Below are positions 63,963 through 64,000 of a DNA stretch of 64,000 nucleotides, piece by piece. The notes under the pieces were generated by a model that ran no database searches, had not been told where the DNA came from, and saw only the letters and a program-made list of their open reading frames with translations. Positions within the stretch are counted from its first letter, which is position 1. Each line of letters starts with the position of its first letter. Origin of the DNA: Octopus bimaculoides (taxonomy: Eukaryota); contig NC_068984.1 of NCBI RefSeq assembly GCF_001194135.2, positions 25,992,735 to 26,056,734 of the forward strand. Direction: 5' to 3'. Made by a program: the position numbers and the translations under genes.

Positions 63963-64000
<38 letters not shown>

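Overview
AT-rich animal genomic DNA, dense in microsatellites and broken by about 16 N-gaps. The tRNA-derived SINE families match ones I recognise from Octopus, so an octopod draft assembly is inferred, not proven. I found no host protein-coding exon. Nearly all ORFs in the supplied track come from microsatellites or N-runs. The window is an intron or intergenic stretch of mobile-element remains: at least five SINE-like families (several with clean 12-18 bp TSDs), two mariner fossils, a probable Chapaev3-type transposase fossil, four R4/Dong-like RLE retrotransposon pieces, two hAT-like MITEs, a Helitron-type 3' end and Penelope-like remnants. Best leads: (1) a near-complete type I hammerhead ribozyme fold with a dimer-type stem III at 30199-30286, paired with a perfect 61-bp inverted copy of its 3' half, with a decayed parallel at 1.5-2.3 kb beside a Penelope-like ORF start; (2) a rearranged U6 snRNA fragment fused to the 5' end of a SINE; (3) a ~540-bp internally deleted R4/Dong-like element sitting in a (TAA)n tract next to a second insertion.
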